This document shows positions 1-14,485 of a DNA stretch of 64,000 bases, one piece after another (the first letter of the stretch is position 1; the number at the start of each line of letters is the position of its first letter). Made by a program: the position numbers and the translations under genes. Source of the DNA: Octopus bimaculoides (Eukaryota). A model generated the notes under the pieces. That model had not been told where the DNA came from and did no database searches. It saw nothing but the letters and a program-made list of their open reading frames with translations. Location of the stretch: positions 29,565,322 to 29,629,321 of the forward strand of contig NC_068997.1 of the NCBI RefSeq assembly GCF_001194135.2. Reading direction: 5' to 3'.

Positions 1-1332
1 AATTGACTAGATAATGAATACCACCAACTAAATATTTGATAATGGGCCATTATGTATATGTGTGTGTGTACGCAGGTGTGTACGTGCATGTGTATATATA
101 TATATATATATATATTATTGTATGGTAAACACAGATTTAGAATTTGGTTTTAAATCTTCAATATGTATTTTGGAATACAATTTCTATCTTTAAATTAATC
201 AATTAATTTCTCAAGTCATTTTGGACAATATTCTTTGAACTTTAACATTTATTTATAAAGGTCAACAAATAATAATCAAAAACAGGAAACGCTGACAATA
301 TTTATAAAAACAAGATAAAAAAAAAAACATAAAGCCACAAGTTCGTTAGTGTCATTCAATGACTAAACTGGTGGAAACTATTGCTAAGCATTACAAATCC
401 TATCAATTAATTCTCAACTCACTTATGCCATAACCAATTTGCACTTTATTCTTCATGCTAAATTTCTATAGGTTTCCATGTAAATGTTTTACTTCCTTGT
501 AAAATGAGAAACGGTTAACCTCAATCACAAATATAATCTATTACCTGTAATTTCAGGTAATTTATTACTTGCAATATCATTCCCGTTTATCTTTTGATTA
601 TTGTTTCTTGATTTCTTTTAGTGATGGATAAACTAGAATTAACTAGAAAATATATATTTACATTTTCTTTTACAATGGAATATTTGGCAGATATACAAAA
701 CAAATGTGAAAGGGAATAAATAAAAAGTGAAAGAATGTTGTATCTTTGACTAACACTCATAAATTATTGTGCATTAATGTATGTATTAAACAGAGTTTGA
801 TCAGAAACCTATTCTCTTCAATAAAAAGAATATTAATGGAGGGTGGTGGTGCAATCTCTCTTTATTAGAAAAAAAAAACAAAAAAAACTATAGTATGAAA
901 ATCGAAAGTACACTTGGAAGTTTGTCAAAACCAAGAATGCTGAACAATCTCTACAACCAAAAATGGAAAAGCAGTGGAATCAAAGACCGATGAGAGCAAC
1001 AAAAGGAGTTGTAAATGGGGAAAATAGGAACAGGTCTAGTTTCATAAGAAGTTACTGGCACAGTGTAAAAACAAAATGATGCCAATTAATTGGTTCTTGC
1101 CATCTAACAAACAGATAAAAAAAAAAAAAATTAGTTGCATAGCAACTATGGTAGTAATTAAAAAACTGACATGATTTTCCCTTCCTTCCTGGACTAACAG
1201 GAGGAAGAGATCTAAAAGGGAAATGAAAAGTTTACAGAGCTAATAATACACATTTCACTTTCACACTTTCATTCAATATATATTTCCCCTGCATAACTGG
1301 GCAGCAGCAAATTAATGGTAGTGTTTGTTTTC

Positions 1333-1505
1333 TTAACCCTTCAGTGTCCAAACTGGCCATATCTGGCCTCTCACACCTACACTACAATGTCATAGTAAAA
1401 ATAAACAATCACATCATTGAAATCTCAAAGTTACAAGACATGTGATTAATTCAAAACAATGAATAAATAAGCATTACATTTGACAAAGTAATCTGAATGC
1501 AAAAG
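1333..1505. mobile_element. Partial copy of the piggyBac-like MITE family
   Basis: TTAA|CCCT start; internal sequence is the reverse complement of part of 44777-44991. Confidence 0.45.
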
Positions 1506-2775
1506 TACTGTCAAACATTAAATAGGAGGAGCACCCAATATCTTTCAATCTTTTTCCTCCTTTCACAATAAAAATGATCGACAGCTACTTCAAAGTTTCA
1601 ACTTGGTAGACTTCAGAGAGTCTAACACTTCAAAGTAACTGTCAACCATTTCCTTATAAAAATATGTCTGTGTCTTTGACTGGTTTATATTGGTAAGAAA
1701 CCAAAAAAGCTGTGACACCTGCCTGTCATTGTCACTGATAGAAATGCAGTGAACCATTAACTGGCATGCTGGAAAATTGTAAGAGATGGAGGGGACGAAA
1801 GATAAAATAGAGAGATGGACGCAGAGATAGAGATGGACATGGGGATAGCGATATAGATGCAGTTGGTATATATGTAGGTTAATTGGTGGTCATAATAATG
1901 AAATTTTGATAAATTTATGTCAAATCTGGAAGGGATTTAAAAACCCAACCATGTTTTGTTTACAGAACTAAAATAAAAAAAAAGAAATAATAGCATGTAC
2001 ATATTGGGCTAAAAAACCCTTTTGGAGATAAAAAGCCAAAGGCTGCCCAACTTATTAAAAAGCAAATATGCAATGAAGAAGAAAATATTAGCTCAATTAT
2101 CATCTAACATATGTCTTCCATGCTGGCATGGGTTCAATGCACCAGGAACCATTATCTATTTTGGTTTTTACAGCTGGATGCCCTGCTTAATGCCAACTAT
2201 TATACAAAGTGTACTGAGTGCTTTTTACATAGCACCAACACCAGTGGGGTTGCCAAGTAACTTGTGAGATGAAGATCTCTCAAATCAACAACTCAATGAT
2301 TGATATCAATTTAATTTCACAAGGATTAACAACTCTGGAATTTTTAGCCTTATAAGACCTCCTTAGTAAAGAATGGTCCTGGGTAGTTTCCCTCATGTGC
2401 AAAGTGGGGATTTGTTGGGGAGGTGAATACTTAAAACACTATAAGCATAATTCTATTTAGATATAGTAAAACAATATTATACTGGGCTTATCACAAAATC
2501 AGCTCAATCTGTTCAGTAAATTTAATCATCGGACAATATATTTCCAGACCATTCCTAATCAAGTGGGACAATGTTGAAGTATGTTCCACTTATGACTATC
2601 ACATCTTTTACACTTACAGAAAATAGGACTGCCATATTTAAAATGTCCTTTTTTATATGGTGTACTATGAAGAAGACTCAGCTGCTATTTCTAGCAAGTC
2701 AAGCAACCACAGAAGTCTCACAACCAACACTGTCAGCTAATCAGAAGAAAAAAAAAATTGAGAAGAGAGCATTAC

Positions 2776-3015
2776 CTGCAAGACGGTCTCAAAGTTACAT
2801 GAAGACAAAGAATCCTCCTCTCCAGCATCATCATCTCCATCTCTGACAATTCCTTCGTCGTCAACTGTATGAGAATCATCACTTTCAACATCCGTGTCCG
2901 AGGTAGTCATATACTCAATGAGGGACTCCAGTTCTGTGCTGAAGTTGTGCTCTTCAGTTTCAGCTAAACCATAATCTAAAGCTTGGAAAACTACCAACCC
3001 AAGAACTTGGATTAT
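2776..3015 (-). CDS. SPIRE: Spire exon, C-terminal half of KIND domain (IIQVLGLVVFQALDYGLAETEEHNFSTELESLIEYMT...CNFETVLQ)
   Basis: TTTATTTCGTTTCAG acceptor, GTAATG donor; 240 nt, phase 0 to 0; resembles Spire VIESLGIIIYKALDYGL...LEQLIDHM. Confidence 0.88.
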
Positions 3016-3350
3016 CTGAAACGAAATAAATATTCAAGAGACATTTAAAAGTCAATATATCTATCAGGGATCATCATAGCACCATTTATCCAATGTCAGC
3101 TCTAATCAAATAGATCTACAGTCAAAAAGGTTCCAGCTGCAACCATCCTACCTTTTCTGCAAATGCTACATTTAGCACTACATTGTTCAAGAAGCCCATT
3201 TTGTAAATGCTATGGTGAGATTTGAAAGTGGTTTGTTTGACTTCTGTTTCTAGAACATTAAGCAACTGCACAGAAATTCTCATTAGCTTATGCACATATG
3301 TAAAGGGACATGCAATGCACTGCATAAATTGCTAAGAAGTTTTGTTGTTC

Positions 3351-3412
3351 TTTTGGGGAGTTGGGGTGGGGGATTTACTGCTTTTGGGGAGTTGGGGTGG
3401 GGGATTTACTGC
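3351..3412. repeat. 31-bp direct duplication, G-tract rich
   Basis: ttttggggagttggggtgggggatttactgc x2. Confidence 0.9.
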
Positions 3413-4176
3413 TGTTACTGTTAACCTTGGTAAATTTCTTGTTGAAACAATCATACCATTCCTGTTTTCAAATTGGAATAATCCAATCTGAAAACATGGA
3501 CAAGGAGGGTATCTAACTGGGTTTGCTGTCAAATCTTTGGAACTGAGATTTTAAACAGTTACTTTAAAAAAAGAAAAATGAAAACAATTGATTCGATTAA
3601 GTTATTAGAAGCAACAATTAATTGAATTGGAGCAAATATTTGAAATTTGGAAAATAGATTGAAGAAAAAAATGTTACTGTCGCATTTTATTAAAATAATT
3701 TTTTTGCTATTAAAACAGTGTATGATATATTTAGCATGTTTATTTTTAGTCTGAAAACTGATATAGTTTACGTTACTGTTCTTTTATGGCCAAATCAAAG
3801 CTGGTTTAAAATCTGTCATAATCTAATCAATACTGGAAAAAATTGTGCTCTTACTGCATGAAGACATTCACAGTTCAACCAAATTATGGAAAGGTGTTAC
3901 AATTTCATGTTATGTGCAACTGTGTATGTGTGTGTGTCATTTATGTTTAGTCTAAAAACACTAGCTTTTAGACTGTAAACATCACACACACACACACACA
4001 CTGAACCATCCAACCCATGCCAGCAGGGAAAAAGGAATATTAAATGATGATAAATATATGCTTATGAAAGAAGATAAACATAACAATCAATTTTCTTGGT
4101 GACACTAAATCTTAAAGAGATTTAATACCATATTCCTCTGGCATACAAGTCAAATTCTCCAAACCAAAATTTACGG

Positions 4177-4210
<34 letters not shown>

Positions 4211-6349
4211 TAGGTTGACTTCTATGCCAAGACAATTTTGGAGGAGCAAAAATTCCATGTGAAATGCAGCAGGATTTGGAAAGATTGTGACGATGTTTGA
4301 ATGTTTACTCTACACACTTACAAATACTACAACTTGTAGACTGGAAAGTACAATTTGTCTCCAGGACACAAAATTTCACTAAATTCTCTCTAAAAGAGAA
4401 ACGTATATATTGGCAAGGTTTTAAGCCTTTCTGGTCTTTTAACTGTCTCTAATGATAGGATAAGAGAACATAACCTCAATGAAGTAGAACCATGGGAACA
4501 GAGAGATCTTAGCTTTATTCAACAATACTTTCCAATAGAAAAAAAAAGAAAATGATAACAATGCATACTTGTCAGATTTAATGACAAACCAACAGTTGTA
4601 CTGAAAGGCAAAGAAAGGAAACCTTAAGAATGCTTTTAGAAAAGCAAGGCAGACAGGTCGTTCACTTCACTAGAAAGACTTTCTTCTGACATTATTACAA
4701 ACCAAAGCAAAACTATTTGGTGTGTAGAAATGTAAACAGTTCTTTGTAGAAGTAATCTTGGAATTCAAAATACTAATTGACTATTTCAAATCAATCTGTT
4801 CATCTGAATCAACAAGAATTTTACAAGCTGAGCTAACAAGAGAATCTCTACTTGATAACTCAACTTGCTAAAAATAGCAGCTAAATTCTCTCTGATGATA
4901 CTCTAACATCTTAAGGAAAGGGCACAACAGATAATGTAGTTCCAGACATTACAAAAAGACAAGATGGTCATAGCTGGATTGCCTTTGACAAAGCTATTCA
5001 ATCAGGATTAACTCGCAACTAAACAATTTTGCAAGCCACTGAAATAGATAAAAATCAAAGCAATCTCCATAGATCTCATATAAAGAATAGTAACAAGTGG
5101 CAATTTGACAGAAATGGTGGAAGGGAACACTGATGCTCTATTATGTTTAGTTTGATGCCTATCTAAATATAAACTCACTAAGATCAATAAGTACTGAAAT
5201 AATTTATTTGACCCAGTAATAGACTGGGGCAACTGAGTCAATGCATCACTCCTTTATGAAACTGAGCCTTTTTCCAAATTTAAAAAAAAAAGAAAAAAAT
5301 TATGGCAAATTAAATTTTAAGATTTTGTAGCGTAGAATTCAAAAATGAGACAAGGAGATCAAAAATAACAAAGGCTTGTTCTGTCTTTGAATGATAAAAA
5401 CATTTCCAGTATTCAAAGCCAAAAATTCTACACAAAAAAAGAACTCCACAAGAAATATGACTTNNNNNNNNNNNNNNNNNNNNNNNNNNNNNNNNNNNNN
5501 NNNNNNNNNNNNNNNNNNNNNNNNNNNNNNNNNNNNNNNNNNNNNNNNNNNNNNNNNNNNNNNNNNNNNNNNNNNNNNNNNNNNNNNNNNNNNNNNNNNN
5601 NNNNNNNNNNNNNNNNNNNNNNNNNNNNNNNNNNNNNNNNNNNNNNNNNNNNNNNNNNNNNNNNNNNNNNNNNNNNNNNNNNNNNNNNNNNNNNNNNNNN
5701 NNNNNNNNNNNNNNNNNNNNNNNNNNNNNNNNNNNNNNNNNNNNNNNNNNNNNNNNNNNNNNNNNNNNNNNNNNNNNNNNNNNNNNNNNNNNNNNNNNNN
5801 NNNNNNNNNNNNNNNNNNNNNNNNNNNNNNNNNNNNNNNNNNNNNNNNNNNNNNNNNNNNNNNNNNNNNNNNNNNNNNNNNNNNNNNNNNNNNNNNNNNN
5901 NNNNNNNNNNNNNNNNNNNNNNNNNNNNNNNNNNNNNNNNNNNNNNNNNNNNNNNNNNNNNNNNNNNNNNNNNNNNNNNNNNNNNNNNNNNNNNNNNNNN
6001 NNNNNNNNNNNNNNNNNNNNNNNNNNNNNNNNNNNNNNNNNNNNNNNNNNNNNNNNNNNNNNNNNNNNNNNNNNNTGGTTGAATGATGCTTTTTAGGTTT
6101 TAAATATTTAATGCTGAAAATATAACAATGAAATGGATCATCTTTTGGTGAATATACTGTGTGTTGTAATATGTGAAATTCTAAACTTTCAAACCAAATA
6201 TTAAAATTTTTTTTTTTTAAATAATAAAAACTATCTCTCCCACAACTTATCTTCCTAAACCACCCCTTCCCCATCATCTGCCACCCTCCTTTCACAAACT
6301 TACCCACCCACTCACCCAATCCAATCCTCTGTAGCACTTCACTAATATC

Positions 6350-6760
6350 TTCTCGTCTCCAGCTCGTATTCGAGCATTAGGTCTGTCAGTTTCTATCCAG
6401 TCTCCTCAGCAGATGTTTGTGCCAAAAGTGACTTTGGAGTCCAAGTCGATGGTGAAAGGGTCGTGGACAGAACTCGTACAGAATGGTTGATGCAGGTCAA
6501 GGATATTGCAGATACTCCTTTCTTCTCCTGCATTTTACCTCCTCATTCTGTTGTCTGTTGTGCTCAAAGGAGCTGGCTCCATTGCAGATAGCAGTCCTCC
6601 AGGCTGTCCTATCCGTAGAAATCTGTTCCCTCACTGTAATTCAAGCATGTGCGCCAAGGATATCTTTGCCATATCTCTCCTCTCCTTTTCCAAATGAGAG
6701 TCTGGTATCTCCTCTTCTACAGCAAGACACCTGCTTCTGTCCCTCGCTCATACTTTAACA
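6350..6760 (-). mobile_element. RTE/BovB-like LINE C-terminal fragment
   Basis: DRTAWRTAICNGASSFEHNRQQNEEVKCRRRKE...CPRPFHHRLGLQSH resembles the C2H2-like RTE C-terminus. Confidence 0.6.
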
Positions 6761-7960
6761 TCTCATCATCTGGCACAAAGCCACCTCCCTCAATACCGCC
6801 CCCCCTCTCAGTTGGGGGTGGGGTCCTTACTTGCAAGTTACTTGGTAACCTCACTGGTGCTGGTGCCACATAAATAGCACCCGGTACACTCTGTGGAATA
6901 GTTGGACTAGTCCTCTGGTTTGCCAACTTCGTGTCAAACCATCCAAGTCCTGTCAGCATGGAAAAGCAGACACTAAATGATGATGATAATTTGAATAACT
7001 AAGTTCTACCATATATTAACAACATATTGCCGTTATCTCCATCATAATAAATATTATTATATTATTTAATAGTTTTAGTAATTGAAAACTACCATTGGAA
7101 TATCTTGTTTCATAATAACATGAAATGATTAATAAATAATATTTTCATGGTTCCTGGAAGAGAGAGAAAACAGATGATGATATCACAAATTTATCTTCCC
7201 TAAGTCTTAGCAAAGCTGTCAACAACTTGAAATACATCTTGGGCTGAGAGACATTGAGATACATGGAAATGTATCTCCATGAATAACAAATTAGGAAGTA
7301 TGGTGGTAGGATATTGATTTGTAATCAAAATGATGTCAGAGTTATGTGAAGCTTTTAGTAGCAAAAATTATAGAAGTGGAAAAAAATGTTATCTATCAAT
7401 GTAAAAAATGTACATACTTAATGAATCCTGTAAGTAATTAATGAAACTACATCTGAACTGTCAAGGTTACTTGCTGTATTAGTTAAATGCCTTCATTGCA
7501 ATACCAAATAATATATTGGTTTCAAATTTTGGAACAAGGCCAGCAAATTTTGATGGAAAGAAAAATCAATTGCATCGATCCCATTATTCAACTGGTACTT
7601 ATTGACCCCAAATGGATGAAAAGTAGTCAACGTCAGAGGAATCTAAACACCGAATGCAAAAGCAGACAAAATGCCTCTAAGCATTTTGCCTGGCATGCTA
7701 AAAATTCACCGCCTTACCATACTAAATAATATACTCAACAGGAATATTAAGCTATGGAATTTTACAAAAGATTCAAAGAACTTCCTAAGCAAATGCTTCT
7801 CGTGTGTAACACTGGTCATTAGCAAAACAGACAAATGGAACAGCTTTTTTTTTCTTCTCTTTGAAGAAATGGTATGCTACCGTTTAGCTCTAGGTCAGCT
7901 GTGATCAAGCAAACAGATGATGGAAAATATTCCAGCCATGTCTATCACTAGAATGTGTTA

Positions 7961-9193
7961 TCTATATATATAAAAATGAGAATGTCTGTCTGTCTGTGTG
8001 AATCCCTAAAACTCGAGAACTACGCAACCAATTTCATTCAAATTTTACAGTTGCCTTACTTAGGGTTCCAGTTGTGTTTTAGTCAAAAAAAATTTTAACT
8101 TCTTCCAGAGTTCGAGCCCACAGCAACATAATATCTCCTCCACTATTTAAGTATTACGTGTCAAAAGTGAAACAAAAACACTCATGTCAAATACTTTCAC
8201 TTTAAAAATGAAACTATTCTACTAACTGAAACAATCACATTTCGATACTGTAATGACAAATACTTTCAGAGAGAGAGAGAAAGAGAGAAAGATAGAGATG
8301 TATATGTATACATATAGATGTATATGTACANNNNNNNNNNNNNNNNNNNNNNNNNNNNNNNNNNNNNNNNNNNNNNNNNNNNNNNNNNNNNNNNNNNNNN
8401 NNNNNNNNNNNNNNNNNNNNNNNNNNNNNNNNNNNNNNNNNNNNNNNNNNNNNNNNNNNNNNNNNNNNNNNNNNNNNNNNNNNNNNNNNNNNNNNNNNNN
8501 NNNNNNNNNNNNNNNNNNNNNNNNNNNNNNNNNNNNNNNNNNNNNNNNNNNNNNNNNNNNNNNNNNNNNNNNNNNNNNNNNNNNNNNNNNNNNNNNNNNN
8601 NNNNNNNNNNNNNNNNNNNNNNNNNNNNNNNNNNNNNNNNNNNNNNNNNNNNNNNNNNNNNNNNNNNNNNNNNNNNNNNNNNNNNNNNNNNNNNNNNNNN
8701 NNNNNNNNNNNNNNNNNNNNNNNNNNNNNNNNNNNNNNNNNNNNNNNNNNNNNNNNNNNNNNNNNNNNNNNNNNNNNNNNNNNNNNNNNNNNNNNNNNNN
8801 NNNNNNNNNNNNNNNNNNNNNNNNNNNNNNNNNNNNNNNNNNNNNCTGCAATGTGGTACATAAATTGTCAAGTAAATGAGACGCATCTTTGCCTCCACTG
8901 ATTCACTTGCAATGTGTTGAGTAAAATTATTTCGTTGCAGACCTCCTTTGGGTCTTTTTATTATCCCTACGACACACATAGTCCCCAGTTGGTAACATTG
9001 ATTTCAAGGCCCTCCTAGATGAGAGACTGGCATTCCACTTAATGTCTATGTTCCATGCTGGCATGGATTGGAGAGTTATTAATGTAGAAATATGGTATCG
9101 TAGCTACTAACAGTTGAGGGTTGTGTAGTCTAGACGGCGTTTTTAGATTTCATTATTCTCTTTAACCCGGGCAAAGCCGGGTATTTCTGCTAG
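7961..9193 (+). mobile_element. Non-autonomous Helitron-like element (spans an N gap)
   Basis: A|TCTATATATA 5' end, (ctgt)n subterminal repeat, 3' hairpin ccgggcaaagccgg followed by CTAG|T; A/T insertion site. Continuity across the gap is assumed. Confidence 0.6.
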
Positions 9194-12100
9194 TATACTA
9201 TATGGACTGCCAATGCAAGTTGAAATGTTACCAAAATATACATCTGAAAGTCCAACAAAGCTAAAGAGATACGGAGCTAAGTGTTCACTAACAACATTCA
9301 TTTTATGCTTGACGAGGAGTTTTGCCTAATGCCAACAGCTGATTTAATACCTTAATATATGAACTGTCTCATTCAGAATGACACCTCTTTAAAGTTTAGC
9401 TTGTAAAATCTGATCCCTTACGAGTTTTTTTAGAAACACAGAGCAAAAGAGAAAAGAAAAAAAGCAATTCAATGAAAAGACATGGACTATATCTAAAAAA
9501 AAATTCAAGAACAAGCTGGCCTAAATCCCATACAAAGTGGAACTTGTAATTTATAAGTAGCTACATAACAGGAGTTTGTTAATACAAGTGTGTGTGTGTA
9601 CAGGTTTCAACTAGAAAGAGTTAACTCACTCGTAGATTGAATATATTGACAAAAGCTTAGTGCAGCATTTTTGTGTGATGCCTATGTCATACCACTGATA
9701 AGATAAATAACTAAACGGGGATCCCTGACCCCAACACTTCAGAAGAGTCGGGTTACAAGAAAGGGTAAAGAAAGCTTACATGTACTTAGTTACTGACATT
9801 CCAGCAACAGGGCTAGGGTTGAGTTAAAGCAAAATCTACAAAGCATTTATAATAATCACAAACCAGGAAGTTTTAAAAGCTGTATCAGCCATAGTTATTC
9901 AAAACAACAGCTTCTTATTTAAAATAAACCCAGAATAAGGCCAATATTTTTCTAAATAATCCAAGTATATAAATATCTTTAATGAATCTGAGAAAGCTAA
10001 TTCTATAACTGAATATCTTTACAGCTTGAAAAATTAATATTTCACACAGAAATATGTTGTTCCCCCAACATCGCTTGACAACCGATGTTGGGGTGTTTAC
10101 ATCCCCATAGCTTAGCGCTTCGGCAAAAGGGACCGAAAGAATAAGTACTAGCCTTACAAAGAATAAGTCCTGGTGTCGATTTACTCAACTAAAGGCGGTG
10201 GTCCAGCATGGCTGCAGTCAAATGACAAACAAATAAAAGAATACACACACACAATTTCTTTAACTAGCAAGCAGCTCATTGCAGAAATTAACAGTCATTT
10301 AATAAAAATCTTAAACTCCATTTCCAGAGGAACATTAGAAAATGGTCTGCTTTGAATTTTTAAAACTTTTGGTTGGTGATAAATACATTGGCAAAAACAA
10401 AGCAGAGCAATAATAAAAAGGAAATGACTTTGCACAGAAATGGAAGAGATGTCATAGAGCCCCAAAATAGCATTTTGAACTGGAAAGAAAAAAAAAATAA
10501 TCTTAAAATTTGATAGAAAATCTTGCAACAATAAGGAACCATCATCATCATCATCATTAGATTTTCCAAACTCATCTTGAAAACAAACTCAGGGCCAGAA
10601 ATTTTCGAAGAAATGAAATGAGATTCTAACTTCTATACAAGCACATAGACTAAAAATCAAAATTTACATTCAAAACAAGCCTCCTGAGTGGCTGTGCCTT
10701 TTATATAGGTGCAGGCGTAGTCTATAGGCAGAGACGTGTATGTGTGGTAAGAAATTTGCTTCCCAACCACATGGTTCCAGGTTCAGTCTCACTGCATGGC
10801 ATCTTGAGCAAGTAGCTTCTACTTCAGCCTCAAACCAACCAAAGCCTTGTGAGTGGAAACTGAAAGAAGCCAGTCATGTGTGTGTGCGCGAGACAAACCA
10901 CAGTTTGACAACCAGTGTTGGTATGTTTATGTCCCTATAACAGTGGTTTACTACTTGATAACCGGTGTTGGTGTATTAATGTCCCTGTAACTTAATGGTT
11001 TGGAAAAAGAGACTGATAGAATGAATACCAGGCTTTAAAAAAATAAAAAGGTGTTGGGGTAGATTCATTCACCTAAAAATTCTTCAAGGTGGTACTGCAG
11101 CATGGCTAATGAATGAAACATGTAAAAGATAAAATATCTAAGACTTAAATGAATTGCCAGTATAATGAGCAGACTCGAAGGAACCCGTAGAGAAACTGGA
11201 CAGTGTTGGATAAATGTCCTATTAGCTGACTGGACTTAGCGAGGGAAAATATTGCGCATATTTTTAGCCAAGAACTCGCCTCTATAAAACCACAGGCGTC
11301 ATTGAAGAAATCAATGAATGAATAATACCAGAGTTCCTATGTACTGCAAAATATTCATTTAGAGGATGGAAGAGGCTAACAAAAGAAAATTGTTCTACGT
11401 AAGTTGTATGGATATCATTTCTTTGGACATGGTTATGACAAGCTAATAACCGACACCCAATACAACAGTGATAGCTCTGACTTCTTTAATCAAAAAGACG
11501 TCTATAATGTTACCTGATATTTGAGAGTTGTACCAATCTCCCAAGAGAAAAGCAGTATCTAATACATTGTTTATCCATACATTCTTATCAGTGATTTTGG
11601 GTGTTGCATTACATTGCTTTCATTAATATGTTATATTATCAGCTTCAGTTTTGTAAAAGAAAAATTTATGCCGCTTTCTCAATCGAGGTTTGCAATTTGT
11701 GTAAAAATCAGTCTTAGATTCAATATTCACTTCAAAAAATATTTTTTTGTTAGTGTTGTTATTAATGTTTAGTAACAACAGTTATCTCAAATAAATGTGA
11801 TATCATCACATCAAGACAATTACCCCCCATAGGACAATCCCCACCCCTGCCCGATACCAACTACCCTCTAAGACAATTACGCCCCTTGGTTAATTACCCC
11901 CTCTCCAATAAAGTTTTAAATCATCATCTGTTGTCCTTAGGGATTATTATCCTAGACTCGATATCACAGTGATAACTAAAAGAAATTATTCAAAATATTC
12001 CCTAGCTATGAGTGTCCTTCTTCTTTGTGGTACATATTGTCTTAATGCAATATCCATTTTGGAAACAGTAGAGAATTCAAGGGATTGAAATGTGAACTGA

Positions 12101-12835
12101 ACAGCTCGATTAATTATATAGAAGCTCCACTGAGGATTTAATGCAGGTTTCTGGGTTTCTCTAGTGAAAGCATTATCATTGTTTAACGTCCACTTACCAT
12201 GCTGGTATGGGTTGGGAGGCTGCACCAGGCTCCAATCTGATCTGGCAAGGTTTCTACAGCTGGATGCCCTTCCTAGCACCAACCACTCCGAGAGTGTAAT
12301 GGTTGCTTTTCATATGCCACCAGTACAGGGGCCAGTTAGGTGGTACTGGCATTGACCATGCTCAAATGGTGCTTTTTATGTGTCACTGTCACAGGAGTCA
12401 GTCTGGCAGCACTGACATCATTGGGGAATATTCTTGGAAAAAGTTCAATAAGGAATTTCTAGCAAAGAGGAGAATAACAAGATTTTCAATTCCAAAATGG
12501 AATTATTAGGATCCCACATGAAATTGCCATCAAATGACACAACTAACTATGCTTTCTTAGAATGAAAATAAAACATATTTTGCAAAGCTTTCAGCTTTGC
12601 CTATTCACAGCATAACTTAACACATCAGCATCAACAATGGTCTTTAAATAGTCAATACTGACTCCACAGCACAGTTCAATTTGCCTAACACAGTAATTTA
12701 TTCAAACATTGCAGCATAGATTTCGATATAGTTACAATGCTCCATTTGTAGATATCAATTAATTATACCATAACTAACTGTTGGTCCATTTGCAGTAATT
12801 GCCAAGACTGGCACAAAGTCAAATAAACACATAAC

Positions 12836-12866
12836 CTGTTCTTCCAGACAAGAAATATATTCAATC
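12836..12866 (-). CDS. SPIRE: Probable Spire 31-nt microexon (IEYISCLEEQ)
   Basis: TTGTTATTTACATAACAG acceptor, GTTATG donor; exits phase 0 into the 3015 exon. The peptide resembles the short LGYSQCMETE segment that precedes VIESLG in vertebrate SPIRE1 (from memory). Confidence 0.55.
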
Positions 12867-13299
12867 CTGTTATGTAAATAACAATGGTCTTGGACCCTTT
12901 TGTAGTTTTTTCTTTCTTCAGTAGTTGTTTAGCCATGATCAACAGGCAGGTGGTCAGTCATGTAACTAAATAAAACCCAAAGCCACTGTTTCAGTCATAT
13001 CATTCTTCCACTGATATGCAGGGTTTTATTCCATAGAGTATTGCATGGTAACACACAACTGATAAGGGTCAAATGGCCAAATAAATAACTAAATAAATCT
13101 TAGCTACAAATACTGATCTATATCCTTAACCAAAATCACTAAACCTATTGCTGTAGATTAGATATTTCTAACTGCTCTGCTGCAGCATGGATGCAGCACA
13201 AGTTTTGAGATAGAAAATACCAGAACATTAAAAAAAAAAAATTGTTAATGCACCACTAGTGCATATAGATTCATTGTCAGCAATCAATAATGCACACAT

Positions 13300-14400
13300 C
13301 ATCAATTTTAAAACGGTTTCCTTTTATTTTAGACATATCACCCTCACTCTCACATCTGTTTCTCCATGTTTGGATGGGTTGGAGAAATCCTCTCCAACAC
13401 ATCATCCCATTGTTGCATCCTTTTGCCATCTACTTTGTGTGGCTTAGCTTCCTGAGATCAACCTTAACCACTGCTACCCAAGTGTTTCACAATTTTTTTT
13501 TTTTTTCCAGTCTTGAATCCTCATACCCGATTCTCTTGGCATATTGCCACCCACCTGTCATCACCCATATACATTACATCTCCACACCAGTGTAGCCAGA
13601 ACCCTTGTACACTGCATTTAATTCCTTTTATACCTCATTTTCCTCTCAATTCTTCAATCTCCCATCATTTATGCATGATAACATTATATGTGTAGCAAAT
13701 CCTGCTTGTCCCATTTCTTTCCAACTTCCACACATCTACATTCAATGCCCATATCTCAGTATCATGCAGCATTGCAGTTCATAGCCAAGCATCATACAAT
13801 CTACCCTTATCAGAGAGAGAGAGAGAGAATCCTTTGTTGTCAGCAGAGGTATTACTTTCTCCACCCTATTCTCATTCCAGTCACTATGCTTTCAGTGAAC
13901 CCTCCCTCACAACTCTTTTTATTCACAATCATCCTACCTTTGATTCCATTCCACTTAAATCCCCCAGGGTACGCTGAATGGAATTTCTATCTACTCCTCA
14001 TCTGTATATTGACAGTCATTTCTTTGATGCTATCAGTAGCTTTCTTTCCTATTCACTAAAACATTAGTTTTCACTAAGTTTATTCCAAGTATTGTTTCCA
14101 TATCTGGCATCTTTTCTGTAAATACTCCATTGACCCTGCTATAAAAACTAGGTCTTCAGCATATAGAGAACAAGTCTTAAATATCATTATTATGGCATAA
14201 GAGGATGAGGGGATGGCTAAGAACCAAGCTTCGGTGAACACTTACTTGCACTCCAAATTCCTCACTAAACTCCTTGCCAAATCTCACTTTGCTGACTGCA
14301 TTTCTGTACAAGGATTGCACTTCCCTGACCAGCCACTCTTTCTCTAGTTTCTCAATAACCATCAGACCATAGAATGTGGTACTCTGTAAATGTTGGGTAG
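13300..14400 (-). mobile_element. Decayed RTE reverse transcriptase fragment
   Basis: WLVREVQSLYRNAVSKVRFG.EFSEEFGVQVSVHRSLVLSHPL resembles the RT GVHQGSVLSPLLF motif; many stops. Confidence 0.6.
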
Positions 14401-14485
14401 AGAATCTTAATATCGACTAGGAACTAGTCTTGCAGTTGCCACACTATGAGGAGCATCAGTGGTTCTCGGACATGGAACAAAAAAC

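Noticed and set aside
540-635. Possible next Spire exon near the left edge
   Set aside because: Stops in all three frames between the apparent acceptor and donor.
2571-2846. Plus-strand 91-aa ORF
   Set aside because: Antisense shadow of the Spire exon and intron; no recognisable protein features.
4569-4600. 32-nt candidate Spire microexon with good splice sites
   Set aside because: Has the right length to bridge phase 1 to 0 but contains an in-frame TAA in that frame; in its open frame it would frameshift the next exon.
5339-6337. Long ORFs over N gaps (also 8222-8979, 24966-26009, 45181-45555, 46962-47358)
   Set aside because: Length comes from runs of N translated as X; the flanks are repeat or low-complexity sequence.
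13688-14059. 123-aa plus-strand ORF
   Set aside because: Antisense to a decayed RTE reverse transcriptase fragment.
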